45,838 nt of DNA from Intoshia linei (Eukaryota > Animalia > Orthonectida). The position numbers and the translations under genes were made by a program. The number at the start of each line of letters is the position of its first letter. Position 1 is the first letter of the stretch. The notes beneath the pieces were generated by a model, which saw nothing but the letters and a program-made list of their open reading frames with translations, was not told the origin of the DNA and searched no databases. Positions 1 through 12,600 of the stretch are shown piece after piece. Location of the stretch: positions 1 through 45,838 of the forward strand of contig LWCA01000159.1 of the NCBI GenBank assembly GCA_001642005.1. Reading direction: 5' to 3'.

Positions 1-275
1 GTCGAGTTGACACTGTCAACACTCGTTGTAGCGTATCGCAGTCCCACCATGCTTCATTTATTTCCAGAAACAATTTTATTTCCAAATTCGAAGAAAGAAA
101 TAAAATAAAATAAATAATATGAAAATATTTCTAAATACTATTTTGCAAATAAAATATAATACAACTAAAATAGTTTGATATTGTATAATAAAATATTAAC
201 AACTTTTCATTATTCTATGCAATTTTAGAAAAATAGAAACGCGTTTGTCACCAGAAAAATGATTTATTTAACATA

Positions 276-316
276 CTAGCTTGACTGTTATATACTTGGA
301 CAAACAGCATCCTAGT
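276..316 (-). mobile_element. Helitron 3' terminus fragment
   Basis: a|ctagcttgactgtta...caaacag matches the family's 3' hairpin plus CTAG end. Confidence 0.6.
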
Positions 317-576
317 ATATTCATTATAACCACATGACAGTTTTTTAAAAATGATTATGATATTGTTATCAATCTTCAATTAATTTAAATTTGTTTATAT
401 TTCAAAAAACCAATTTATTGCAATTATTTGAAAAATAATTTTTGAACAAACAATTAATTGATTTATTTTAATAATTATTACCAATTAATTGCAATTAAAA
501 TGGTTGCAATCAATTAATTTTAATCTCTGCTGATGAGTACCACGGCAATGTTATTGTGGTATAAATATAAAATTAC

Positions 577-3500
577 ATGAATAAATGTGTCCCCAATAAT
601 TTTCTAAGAAAGATTAATTAATTTATCGAAAACAAAATTACTCTTTTTAATTCTGGTAAAATGACAAATTTTAATTCCAATCCATCAGAAGCATCCTTTG
701 CACAATAAAATGTGTGACATGCATCAACATCTAAATGTAATGTACAAGAATATTTTAGTAAAACACTCTATTGATATTCCATGATTTTTTAATTTTTTTA
801 ACATAGTTTCACTTTCATTCATTCTCATCATTCCATTATTAATATGCAGGGCTATGATTTGTTCTTTTTTTAAAATTCTTTGTAGTAAAACTAGACACAC
901 TGTAGAATCTATTCCTCCGCTAACTAGGCACTATAATATATTATAAAACTAAAAATACTTAATTTTAATAATCTAGCTCATGTCCGAAATATGCATACCG
1001 CAAACCCTTGTATTGAAAAATATCTTATGACGGACAACTTCATTGTTTGGATGTGATTCGTCTTAAAATTTGTCGTAACATTGCTACCCATGCTGTAGTA
1101 TATTTGTGTATTGGCAGGTAATCATCATTATAAATATTAAATTTTACCAAAACTTTTTTATTCCCAATTTGAAGCTTTATATTTTCTAATATTTCTTGTA
1201 ATATATCCTTCAAATAAAATGTCTTTTCAATTGACATAAATTTGAATAAAAAATTTCTAAAAATTTCTAATCCATTGATAGTCAAATCTACCTATTTCAA
1301 ATAATTAAAATTTAATATAGAAAATTATAACTGAGGGTCTGATGATTCAAAAATTTACATTTAAATATCTTTACTTATATAATATGCTACGCAATATTTG
1401 TTTGTGTGTATGTGTTCCACATATTGAAATAACTACTGTCTTACAATTTTATAAAGTCCACATTTCAATTACAGTTTTTCCGGAACATATAATAAGATAA
1501 ATTTCAACCTCCCAAACTCACATCTTACGGGATAAAAACCCCAATTGTCCTTTTTTTTAAAAACAAAACAAGTTGGAGAATTTAAAAAAATATATACGCT
1601 GATACGGATTTAAAATCATAAACATTATCATAAATTTAAATTTAAAAAAATTATATGTTCAGGGCCAAAACCACAAATTACCCTTGTTTTTTTAATGAAA
1701 ATAGTCCTAGAATATAAAACAATTAACAGGTGGTACAGTTGTATCCTGTTAACACACACATAACATTTCAATCCGAATAAGTGACGACTTCACGGTCAAA
1801 AAAGCATTTTAGTATTCATATTTTCAAATATTTATCAAGTCCAAACATTGGCAAATTAGAGATAATATTGTAATTTATAATAAAAAAATACTTCAGGATG
1901 GAATTGTAATCCGATTATTGGTTTAGTTTTGTGTTGAATTCCTAAAAATGTATGTTATAAATCGTTTAAAACAGTGGTTATTATATTTCAAACTCCATGG
2001 ACCCCTATTTCATCCAAACTTTTTCAGTTAAAAATGTATATTGTAAAGCTAAAATGTAATATAATATAGCCTTGATAATGAAAACAACTGAAGAGGTCAA
2101 TTTATGAGATTGAAACCTAAATTTTTGATTCTCACTTAAAAAATCTACGATTATAAGTTTTCATTTTATAAATTGAAAAATTTTGGTTAAATTTTAATAA
2201 AATGTTAAAATGCGTATTTAAACATAAACATCAAAATTTCTCAGTTTGAAATATTTTGTACTGATTATGTATACATAAATAATAATAAATAAATAAATGA
2301 ATAAATAAATAAGTAAATCATGAAAAAAATATAATTTTAAATAATTAATTCATTAAATCTATTCTTTACTAACATACATATGAATTTGTATTCTCGTTCA
2401 TTTAAAAACAAACATTCGTATAATTTTTAAAACACATAAAGTGCCAAAGTCTCATTAGCATTAAAATGAAGGTTCAAAATAAGATATAATAACCATCTTA
2501 TCATATGTATTAATATAATAAAAGTACTTAATATGTATATAATAAAATGTACATAAAAATAACCTGTTATTAATTCAGACAATTTCGAAATAATTGTAAT
2601 ATTCTCGCTGCACTCTTTAACACAATCTCCATGAGATAACAAAACAGTTTGCATTTCAGATGTCAGCCCACTAAAATAATACATTAAACAACACATTATT
2701 ACATTTAAGGCGAACCTAAATATTAATTAAAATTTAAAAAAAATACATTTTCTACAGTTACGCAACAGACTTAACAGGTTAACAGACACAAACATTATCA
2801 ATCAGACATAGTGACACCTTAACTGTCAAAAAAGGACTTTAATATTCATGTTTTTTTATTTCCAAAGTATTTTATTCACAAATATAAAACAAAAAAATCG
2901 AAATAATTAACGGTCCTACAATTAAACAAAAAAAATTATTCTGTTGCAGCTTATTTCAGTTGATATAAATACAAAATTTCAACCCCAGAAATCTACGCAT
3001 TTCCAGTGAAAAATAATTTTTAATATATTATCAACCAATGTTTTTCAAATGTTTGAATGTCTATACATTTTCAATAAAGAGATGTAGGAAATCTCATAAA
3101 TTGATTCCATCGTTTTTTTATCATTACTACGCGATTTTTAAATTTCCAAAACTTTTGTGTTTAGAATCAATTATACTTTGTAAGTACAAAGAGTATTTTT
3201 CAAGCTAATCAAGTAAAAAATAGATTTAAGAATTTTTTGATATTTTTTATAGACACTCGTCTAATGAATCTTTGCAATTATTACAACTTGTACCAATGGC
3301 GAATCTAGGATTTTCAGCCAGGGGGCGAAATAATTATTAGGGGTCCAAACGCATGCAACTGTTGAGTTGTTCAACTGCACCAAAATCGACATTTTCGGCA
3401 AGTTCTCTTTCGATTATGAACAACGTTAAGTCCGATAATTTATCTTATCATAAAAATTAATACATAAATTAATGATAAATGATCTTTATATACATAGAAC

Positions 3501-6500
3501 CTAAACGATGGGTCCAAGAAATTTTTTTCAATTTTTCACTATGTTAATACACAAATTGAAATATCTTAGGGGCACATTTGTCACATCAAGCGGGCTGCCC
3601 CTCCTCCGTGCATCCCACCTAGATTCGCTACTGACTTGTACGCGAACTATATACCTTAGACCAGGGGTGTCAGACTCAATTTGATTGGCGGCTTAAATGT
3701 GAAAAAAAATTATTACGCGGGCCGCACAAAAAAAAATCTTTATACAAAAAATTATGTTAAAACTAACAGTTTTAATTAATTTATAATAATTTTAATTTTT
3801 ACAATAAATGGTTATAAGTCATAACGATTTAGTATGCCTAATTGGTTTACTAAATTGACTATGACGTTCAAAAATATAATTTAAAAAAAAAACACCCATT
3901 TTCAAAAAGTAGGCTCAAGCCCTTCTTGGGGTCACGGGTACGGTAATTCAACTTTTCATACATATACATGATAAAAAATATTTACTCAAAAATAGAACAG
4001 CTCAGATCAACCCATACGTTATTCGGACCATAATTCTTTTTCGTTGTATTTGATATTTCACAATTGAAATGGTAAGCAATCAACTATTAATAATGTAATA
4101 TAATTTATTAATTATAATTCACTACATATGTTCTTTGGTTCAGGACCGTGGAGAGGGGCTAGATGGGCCGTATTGCTTGGGCCTAATATTATAATTTATT
4201 AATAGGTAATGTTAAAAAATAACTTAAGTAAAAGTTATGATGACCAATGCGATTTAAAACTGTTATTTTCAATTTTTAGGTAATAAACGATTGATTAAAC
4301 ATTGTATAGACGTCCAAATTTAAAAAAAATTATATTGGGCCTACAATTTCTATCTGACCTAATGGCCTAATGCTGGCTCTTCACGGTCCTACTTTAGATA
4401 AGGCGGATTATTTGGATTTTTTTAAATTTACGGGTCAAAAAGCTCAATTGTACTTTTTTATGAAAATCAAACGAGTTGGAGAATTAAAAAAAATATATCT
4501 TCAGGGCCAAAACCCCTAATTACCCTTTTTTTAAATGAAAACAGCCCTAGAATTTAAAAAAATTTACAGGTTGTACAGTTATATCCTGTTAACACATAAA
4601 AATTTTCAATCGGAATAAGTGACGACTTCACGGTCAAAAAAGCATTTTAGTATTCATATATTTTTTTCCGAATCATTTTATTAAAACAATAAATTTAAAA
4701 TAATTAACAGTCCGAATTAAAAAAAAATTTATTCTGATAGAGCTTATTCCAGTTGATATAAATACAAAATTTCAACCCCAGAAATCTACGCATTCCCGGT
4801 GAAAAATAATTTTTAATATATGATCAACCAATATTTTTTAAATATTTCGATTAAAATAAAAATTGAAAATGTAAATATTGATCCTACAATTTCAAACAAA
4901 ATGTGCATTCTACGTCTACACATTTCTAAAAATTCGACTGAAATGTTTATAAAGTGAAGATTCGGTTAATTATTGATACACAATTGGTATTTTTAAGTAT
5001 TTATTAAATTGGTACTGAATATATGTCATCACATTGAAAATGACAAAATAAGTTTTTATAATTTTATTTTTTCTGGAATTTATGCTATTTATGACAATTT
5101 TTAGGATTGGACTGTTTTTACTTTATTTTTAATATTATACACACATTCTGTCTAATAAATTAAAAAAATGGGATAACTTCTTAATCTTCTTAACAATTGA
5201 TTAATTCACTTTAAAGTAAAAAGTAATGTGATATGATGGTTCCACCTGAAACAAGTTTGGGAACCACTCCTTTAAAGGATTGATAATATTGAATAGTATG
5301 ATTTTTAAGTTAGATTTTCAACGTTAATATATTTTTTTGATATAATAAAAATATACCATCGGCAGAGCTATGTGCTATTTGTACGTAGTACATAACAGTC
5401 AAACTAGTTTTTATATAATGAACAATCGATTAATTAATGTATAGACGTACCATTTTTTAAAAAAAAATTTATAGGGTCTACACTTTTCATTTGGCCTAGG
5501 CCTACTGCTGGTTCTCCACGGCCTGCATATTGTAAACAAACAATTTCAAATGATTTTATATAAACATTGTTATGAAACATGTTTTATCTAATAAGGATGC
5601 AATTTTTAAATTTGTCTACAAAAGACTAATCAATTGGTGACTAAAGAATCTTGACTATTTCCATAAATAAGTGATTCAGTGCACCCATTGTGGCAACCCC
5701 AGAAACAATAGTTCTAATAATGATAATAATAAATACAAACGTACAACGTATATAATAACTATATACATATATAATAATGTATATAATAACAACGTAATAA
5801 ACAACGATAATATGAAATCACTTTAATCGATATAGATAAAAAATTAAAATGTCATAAGTCAGGAAAATCTATCACATCTGAAATATCCATTTACCCGTTT
5901 TACCAAAGTCCTGTATATTTTATTATGTCTAGAAAAAACGCTCAGTGATAAATGTATGTTCATAAAGAGACTCTGAGAATGTTAGATATAATAATGAATA
6001 ATAATGAAAGTTATTAGAGTTGATTTATTATGCCTATACATAAACATAATTTTAGATATTTATATTTAAAAATTGTTGCATTAACCTGCATTCCATAGCA
6101 AATACCCAATATCGGAATTCCAAGGTCAAAAATTTTTAAATCGACATTTTCCCCTTGTAAATTCACAGACTGAGGTCCACCAGATATAACAATAGCACTA
6201 AATATAAAAGATAAATAATTTCAAGGTGAAAATACAAAATTCGTCTGACAGTAGTTAATATAGTAAGTACAAAGCGATTAAAACTTTGATATATCAAATA
6301 TAATTTAACGATAAAATCATAATTTGCATGCAATTTTAATAGAATTACGCATATTTTCCTTTAATTTTTTCAGCTGGTACATTTAGCGGTAATATATCTG
6401 TTTTTACATGTAAAGATCGAATTTTACGATCTATGACCTAACAATATACATTAGATTTAAATATTTATTTCAAATATCAACCTTTCCATATTGAGCGCCA

Positions 6501-6538
6501 GCATCTAAAATGGCTACGACAGAATTATTTGATTGCAT
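577..6538 (-). CDS. GMPS: GMP synthase (glutamine-hydrolyzing), 5' portion, 10 exons traced
   Basis: Phase-consistent GT-AG exons: 6538-6482, 6437-6349, 6197-6086, 4083-3986, 2670-2564, 1941-1892, 1291-1148, 930-765, 730-642, 603-577. Motifs: [33 protein letters not shown] (catalytic Cys), LLSHGD, GLQFHPE (His-Glu), [10 protein letters not shown] (ATP-PPase loop), [14 protein letters not shown]. No later exon found in 1-576, so the gene probably continues left of the window. Confidence 0.95.
1368..1822 (+). mobile_element. Non-autonomous Helitron family, 5' fragment
   Basis: Begins A^TCTTTACTTATATAATATGC...GTTTGTGTG; similar to copies at 18061 (+), 24578 (-) and 27081 (-). Confidence 0.75.
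2750..3045 (+). repeat. Internal Helitron fragment
   Basis: Matches about 4560-4840 (gatataaatacaaaatttcaaccccagaaatctacgcatt). Confidence 0.65.
3294..3633. mobile_element. hAT-type MITE
   Basis: TIRs CAATGGCGAATCTAGG / CCTAGATTCGCTACTG; perfect 8-bp TSD ACTTGTAC. Confidence 0.88.
4141..4391. mobile_element. hAT-type MITE (related pieces at about 5410-5525, 17832-18876 and from 34797)
   Basis: TIRs CAGGACCGTGGAGAG / CTCTTCACGGTCCTA; degenerate TSD ctttggtt / ctttagat. Confidence 0.7.
4395..5407 (+). mobile_element. Helitron copy, 5'-truncated with intact 3' end
   Basis: Ends in hairpin TGTAC-GTA-GTACA followed by TAACAGTCAAACTAG^T. This copy links the two repeat halves into one element. 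Confidence 0.8.
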
Positions 6539-6679
6539 ATTATAGTAAGCTGTTGATATTTAAATATTTGCTCAATTTACAAAAGTTAAAATATACCATA
6601 ATCTTCAAGTCTAATTTATAAAATAAATGTGTTGCTAGAATATTAAATTGTTTTTCATTTACCATATCTTTATATTTTC
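6539..6679. promoter_or_regulatory. Putative bidirectional promoter between GMPS and the BBS9-like gene
   Basis: Only 141 bp separate two divergent ATGs (6538 on -, 6680 on +). Contains GTTGCTAGAATAT at 6631-6643, a degenerate RFX X-box-like site. Confidence 0.6.
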
Positions 6680-9600
6680 ATGTCATTATTTGGATTGGAA
6701 AATATTTGGCAAGCTGTTCCAGACGAATATACAGAATTCAAATCTGAAACCAATCAAAGTCAATATATTGTTTGGTATTCTTCTTTGACTTGGTCTGATT
6801 CGCGTAATTGTGTTTTTTATTTTCATTATTGATATTATATATTAGATGACAATATTTTGCTAGTTTGTAATGATAAAGGGTTTTTCAAAATTTATGAATT
6901 CCCGAAAAATCTTGCTACACATTATACCGAAAGCTATCCAATTGTTTCGCCGTTAGAATTTAATACTAATGAAGAAATTACAGCTGTAGAGTATTATCCG
7001 AGGTAAATTAATTCTTTTATGAAGAGAACTGTTTATAAAAGCGAGTTGAACAATTCACAATGAAACTAGATCAAGTCTCCAAATTATACGGACTGTCATA
7101 ATTAAAAACTGACTTGTATGTTGGTTTCGCGCACAAACAGTAGCAGCTACTGAGTAGCTAACTTGACAATGGTGAGTTTCTATATTTTTTTTTATATAAC
7201 TCAAATTGAAGAAAAAATTAAATTCTAACCCATACGAGATTGATGATTTTCAAAATTGAAATGATTTCAAAATTTGATAGGGTTTATTAAGATATTTTTT
7301 TAATCCATTTTTATAATATTTTGAAGATAATTTTAGGTAAAGTGACCAGAAAAATACGTACTATCACTTTTAGTTTATTTGGTATAAATTTTAAGCCGAA
7401 TTTTTTTAATTGTCATCATAGATAAGTAGTTTTGGCTTTAAATTTAGTTAAAGGTTAAAGTTAAAGGATCGTCTGCAGCACTGTTTGATGATTGGTCGGC
7501 AAAAGGATATTCATCTATATAGACTTTTAGTGCCGGTTCGGGGCTAACAATATAATCACTGCTAGTGTAAAAATCATTTATTATTAAAAAAATTTTTTCC
7601 GATTAGAAATTATAGATTTAATCAACGGTGAATTGGTTTTATACTGGAATTATCAGATGAGCTTTATCGGAATAAACAGTATTATTTTCCACATCCTTAT
7701 CATTAACAGGTGGTATGTTCTGCTATATTTTTTGAGGAACTCGTTAGGTGTGGATATAGGGATTAATTATTTAAATAAAATGGTTGTTGTAATTTGATAA
7801 CATGAAAAATTTGGAATATAATTTTGATAATGATATGTTGCAGTGGCGACTCTGGCTAACCCAGATCACTCGGGCTAAGATTTCTATGACAACCACACAT
7901 TTTTTTTAAATTATATTCGAAAATAATAAATATCAAAAAAAATTTACAAATAAGAAGTAATTATAAACTAAATGTGAAAATTATAAATAGAAAATGAAGA
8001 TTCAAATTTTTTGTAACGATATTTGAAATTGACATAACTAAGATATAAATAATTTCTCATAATTATCAGGTGTACTCCGCTATATAAATTTAATCTATAG
8101 ATTTATTTACTAGGCGAATTTAAATATGCCAGATGTATATGTATTTAAATTGATTTAAACATTTATTCAAATGATTCGCTTACAATTGATGGTCATGAAT
8201 AATCTTTTCTGAATTTAAGACTCTGAATATATAGTTGTGTTTACATTTAAAATTAGAAATTCATTTAACAATTATTAAGAAATTTAACATTCGAAAATAT
8301 TAAATGTTTAATTTTTTTTAATATTTTTCTAATTTTTCAAAAACTATCGACTCGGGCTTTGCCCGAGTATTCTGAGTTGGTGAGTCGCCACTGATATGTT
8401 GGCTTAACTATATGTTAGTTATGTCTAACTATGATTATAAGGTTGTCTATGCTTTTTCGCAGTGCGAATAGTATTTTGGCGTACTTGGTTGGAATTTAAG
8501 GTGGATTGAGGCATAATAGGTACAGATATGTTACGACCACGAACAATTTCAGACGGAGAAACAGAATTGCGTGCAGTTGGTGTATTCTGTAATTCCATTA
8601 AAATATTTGCGATAAAATAACGCCAATTACAGAAATCTTTTTAACATAAACAACGCAATTTGTATTTAACAGTTTGATTTAAACGTTCAACAAGGCCAAT
8701 ACTTTGATATTTATAAAGAATAGAATGAGTTTTGTGGATACCATATTCTATGCATAATTGTTTAACCAATTTTGATTCAAACTGAGTACCGCAATCAGTA
8801 TGGATACGTGCGGGTACGCCATATCTAGTTATAATATTTGTTTTTATGTGTTCAATAACATTTTCTGTTGATAAATTTTAGATAGGAATAATTTCCGGCC
8901 ACCTAGAAAAATGGTTAATCATTACTAATAAATATTTTTTGTAATTATTGGATTCTGGGAAGGGACCAGCGAAATCAAGTTGCCATACTTCATTGAATCG
9001 AGATGCATTTTGTTGTTTAAGTGTTAAATAATGATGAAACCGGCCTGTTTTTTGTTGACTACAAATTGTACAATTTTTAATGAATTGTTTAACAGCTGCT
9101 TCCAAGCCTGTATCTGTATCAAGTAATTTGATAACAGGTGCAGATGATAATTTTTGTTTAAGAGTTTTGAATGCATGTATACATTTGTTATCCCAAACAA
9201 AGGGAATATTTTTTCTGAGTAATCGATTTAATGGTTCTGGAATGTCTGCAAAATTTTGAATGAAACGCCGATGATAATTAGCGGCACTGAGAAACATTTA
9301 TACCCTACGTTTATCCGTGTGATATTTAATAGCTTTAATGCTTTCAATTTTTGCGGGATCGATTTTAATACCTGCAAAACTAATGACGTGTCCAAGAAAA
9401 TGTACTTTATCTAATCCAATATAACATTTTTTTGTTTCAAAGTAAGGCTTCATCATGCAATTTTGATAAAAATATAGAAAGGTGTCGTCTATGATCTGAC
9501 AAAGACTTTGAGTAAATAATCACGTCATCTATGTAAACTTGAGCAACACTCAACCCGCGTAAGACGCCATCCATTATACGTTGACAAGTTGCAAGTCAAT

Positions 9601-12600
9601 TTTTTAAGCCAAATGGCATAACATTAAATTGATATAGTTTACCGCGTGGACCAACAGAGAAGGCAGTTTTGTTCTTAGCATTTGCTGAAAGGGGTATTTG
9701 CCAAAACCCTGAACAAAGATCAAACGTTGAATAATATCAATTTCCTTTCAGAGAGTCAAAAATAATATTTTGTCTAGGAATGGATAGGTGTCTTGTTTGG
9801 TAATGGAATTAAGGTTACGATAATCAACACAAAATATGTCAGTTCCGTCTTTCTTTTTTATTAAGACAGGAGGAACGATATTGACTACTTGTGGTTTTTA
9901 TAATTCCAGCGTTTAACATTTCTTTAACTTTACGGGCCACAATTTCCCGTTTATGCATGGGTGGTGAATAACAATGACCAACCACTGTTTTAGAATCGTC
10001 TTTAATATCAATGTCGTGAATATAATTTTTACAACGACCTGGTTTATTGGAGAAAACATATTTAAATCGGCTCACTATTTCTTCAAAAGATTTACTTAAA
10101 TATGCCATGTTGATATCACTTTTACTGTTTAATTGTGGATCACAAGAGTCAAAATTATTCGGTAACTTGTCCTTAATAAAATTAATTGGGTGACTTGATA
10201 AATTATTACGTAGTCTCAGAGGATTTTGCAATATATCAATGTTATGACTGACAGAAATCTAAACTTAAGATTGGTTTTGAAACATTTGAGATAACAAAAG
10301 TTATGAATAAAAGAATTATTTAAAGATTTTATAAAGATTTTGGTTTTTAGTGTTCCTTTATTTACTATTGGATTACAGTTAACGCCTGTAAACTTCTTAT
10401 ATGATAATTGGTCAGCTTTAAACACATTAGGTAAAAAGGAGGAGACAGCCCCTGTATCGATAAAACAATTAAGATCGCGTTTAACAATAGTACTGTTTGT
10501 ATAAAATAATGAAGTCGAATAATTAGAACTATTTATGGCTTCATAACAATAATCATTTATGTGTCCATTTTTATTACACTTAGAACATGAGGGAATCATA
10601 TGCTTCAAATTACAATTAGCAGTATTGCATTTCCCATGTAAATAATTATCACAAATTTTATTAGATTGAGAGTCAACAATATTCAGACTTGTCAATTTGT
10701 TTACATTTCTTTTATTTGTATTGAATTTGTTGGAATAACGAAAGTTGTTATCTGCCAAATTGTTTGTTTGTATTTGATTTGATTTTGGAGAATTAACCTT
10801 TAACAATTTAATCGTTTTATTCAGACCATTAGTGACATTTATAATGCTGGTATAGCCTGCCCAATTATAATTTTTTCAGACAATTGAGCACAATTTCATG
10901 ACAAATCAAATCACTATCAGTATTTTTATCACCAGGATAAACTATTTTGACCAATCTTTTAACTTTAACAACAAATTTACGTATAGAAAAATCAATTTTT
11001 AAACATACAATTTCAATGGAATCACATCTTGATTGGGCTGTCAAACCCTCAATTTGTTTTACTTTGAGTAATCAGTTTTTCAACATTGATTGGTAATTCG
11101 TCTTCCAGTAAGAGATCTTGTAAGCCAATTTCAAAATTAAATATTATTAATTTAACCTGATCAGTTTGGGATGCAAGTGACGACTCACTGCATATTCTGA
11201 TTAGTTTTTCCTGTTTTAATATCTGATCGTGACAAGTGCAATGGGCTGTAATTTGCAATCGTGTTGTACTTTTATTATATCTGTTGCAAGATTTTTTAGC
11301 CAAAAAATTCTTATTTTGTTATTGCTTTATAAGGTATAATATACCTTTCATTATGAATAATCTACTTTGTAAAGCTTTATATGGACCCTACATTTTTTCT
11401 TTATTTGCCATTTGTTCTTAACTTACTAATTTCTACATCTTGCGATTGTAGTTCATTTATTTTTAATTCTTCCCTTATTTGAATTGCATTTATACATATT
11501 TTAGATAATGCGTCTGCGTCATTATGAAGTTTACCTGGTCTGTAGATTATTTTTGTTTTATATTGTGCTAATTTTAGAATCGATCGTGCCCACTTTCCTT
11601 TTGGATGCTTTATCTTTATAAAGTATTGTAGTTGTGCAATGCACATTGTGCACGGTCTGTTATTATTATAGAATGTGTACCACTGCCATCATTTCTAATT
11701 CTGATGTTGTATAACACGTTTCTGCTGGTTTTAAATTTCTGCTAAAATATGCTATTGGATGTTCTTTATTTGGTCTATTCTATGCTAATATCCCTCCAAT
11801 TGCGAGCATAGAAGCATCAGTTTTTTTGATGAATGGTTTTGAATAATCTGGCATTATCAAAACATGTGATTTTACCATACATGCTCTTAATTGATTAAAT
11901 GCATTATCTTGTAATAGTGTCCATTTATATGGTTCTACTTTTCTCAACAATTTTATTAGTGCCAATGTTATATGTTCATATCTATGAGTGAATCTTCTAT
12001 AAAAATTACAGTCCTCGACTACTTTGTAATTGTTTTATATTTAAAGGTTTTGGATAATTATGAATTATTTCCCGGTATTTTTCAACAGGTTTGATTCCGT
12101 CTTGAGTTATTTTACACCCTACGTATTGTATTTCAGTCATGCTAAATGACATTTTGTTAAATTCATTGTAAGGTCTGCCTTTTTTAGAATTTCAAATAAA
12201 TTTGTCAATCTATTCAAATGTTGCTTTTCTGTTTTACTAAATATTAAAATGTCATCCTCATATTAGAAATTGTATTCCTGTTAGTCTTGCGAATAAATTA
12301 TTCATCACTCTTTAAAATGTCGAGGGAGCGTTGCATAATCCAAATGCCATTACGTTGAATTCATTATGCCCTCGATTTGTGCTAAATACGGTTTTTTCAC
12401 CATCTTCTTTTCTTATCGGAATTTGCCAATAACCACTGTTTAAATCTATTAAAGAGAAATATTTCGCATCATGTAAAAAATCCAGAGTTTCATCCATTTT
12501 GGGAAGCGGGTAAGAATCTTTTATTTTCACGTCATTAAGTTTTCTATAATTAATACATAATCTGATGCTATTATTGGATTTCTGAATCGGAATTATTGCA

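Noticed and set aside
5630-5966. Possible nested minus-strand peptide gene (..LVKR|[15 protein letters not shown]..)
   Set aside because: No signal peptide, very short, and the overlapping plus strand looks more like a decayed LINE fragment; could be chance.
7440-7832. Possible 3' tail or LTR of Gypsy A
   Set aside because: No matching second LTR or TSD found near 11300 or 13640.
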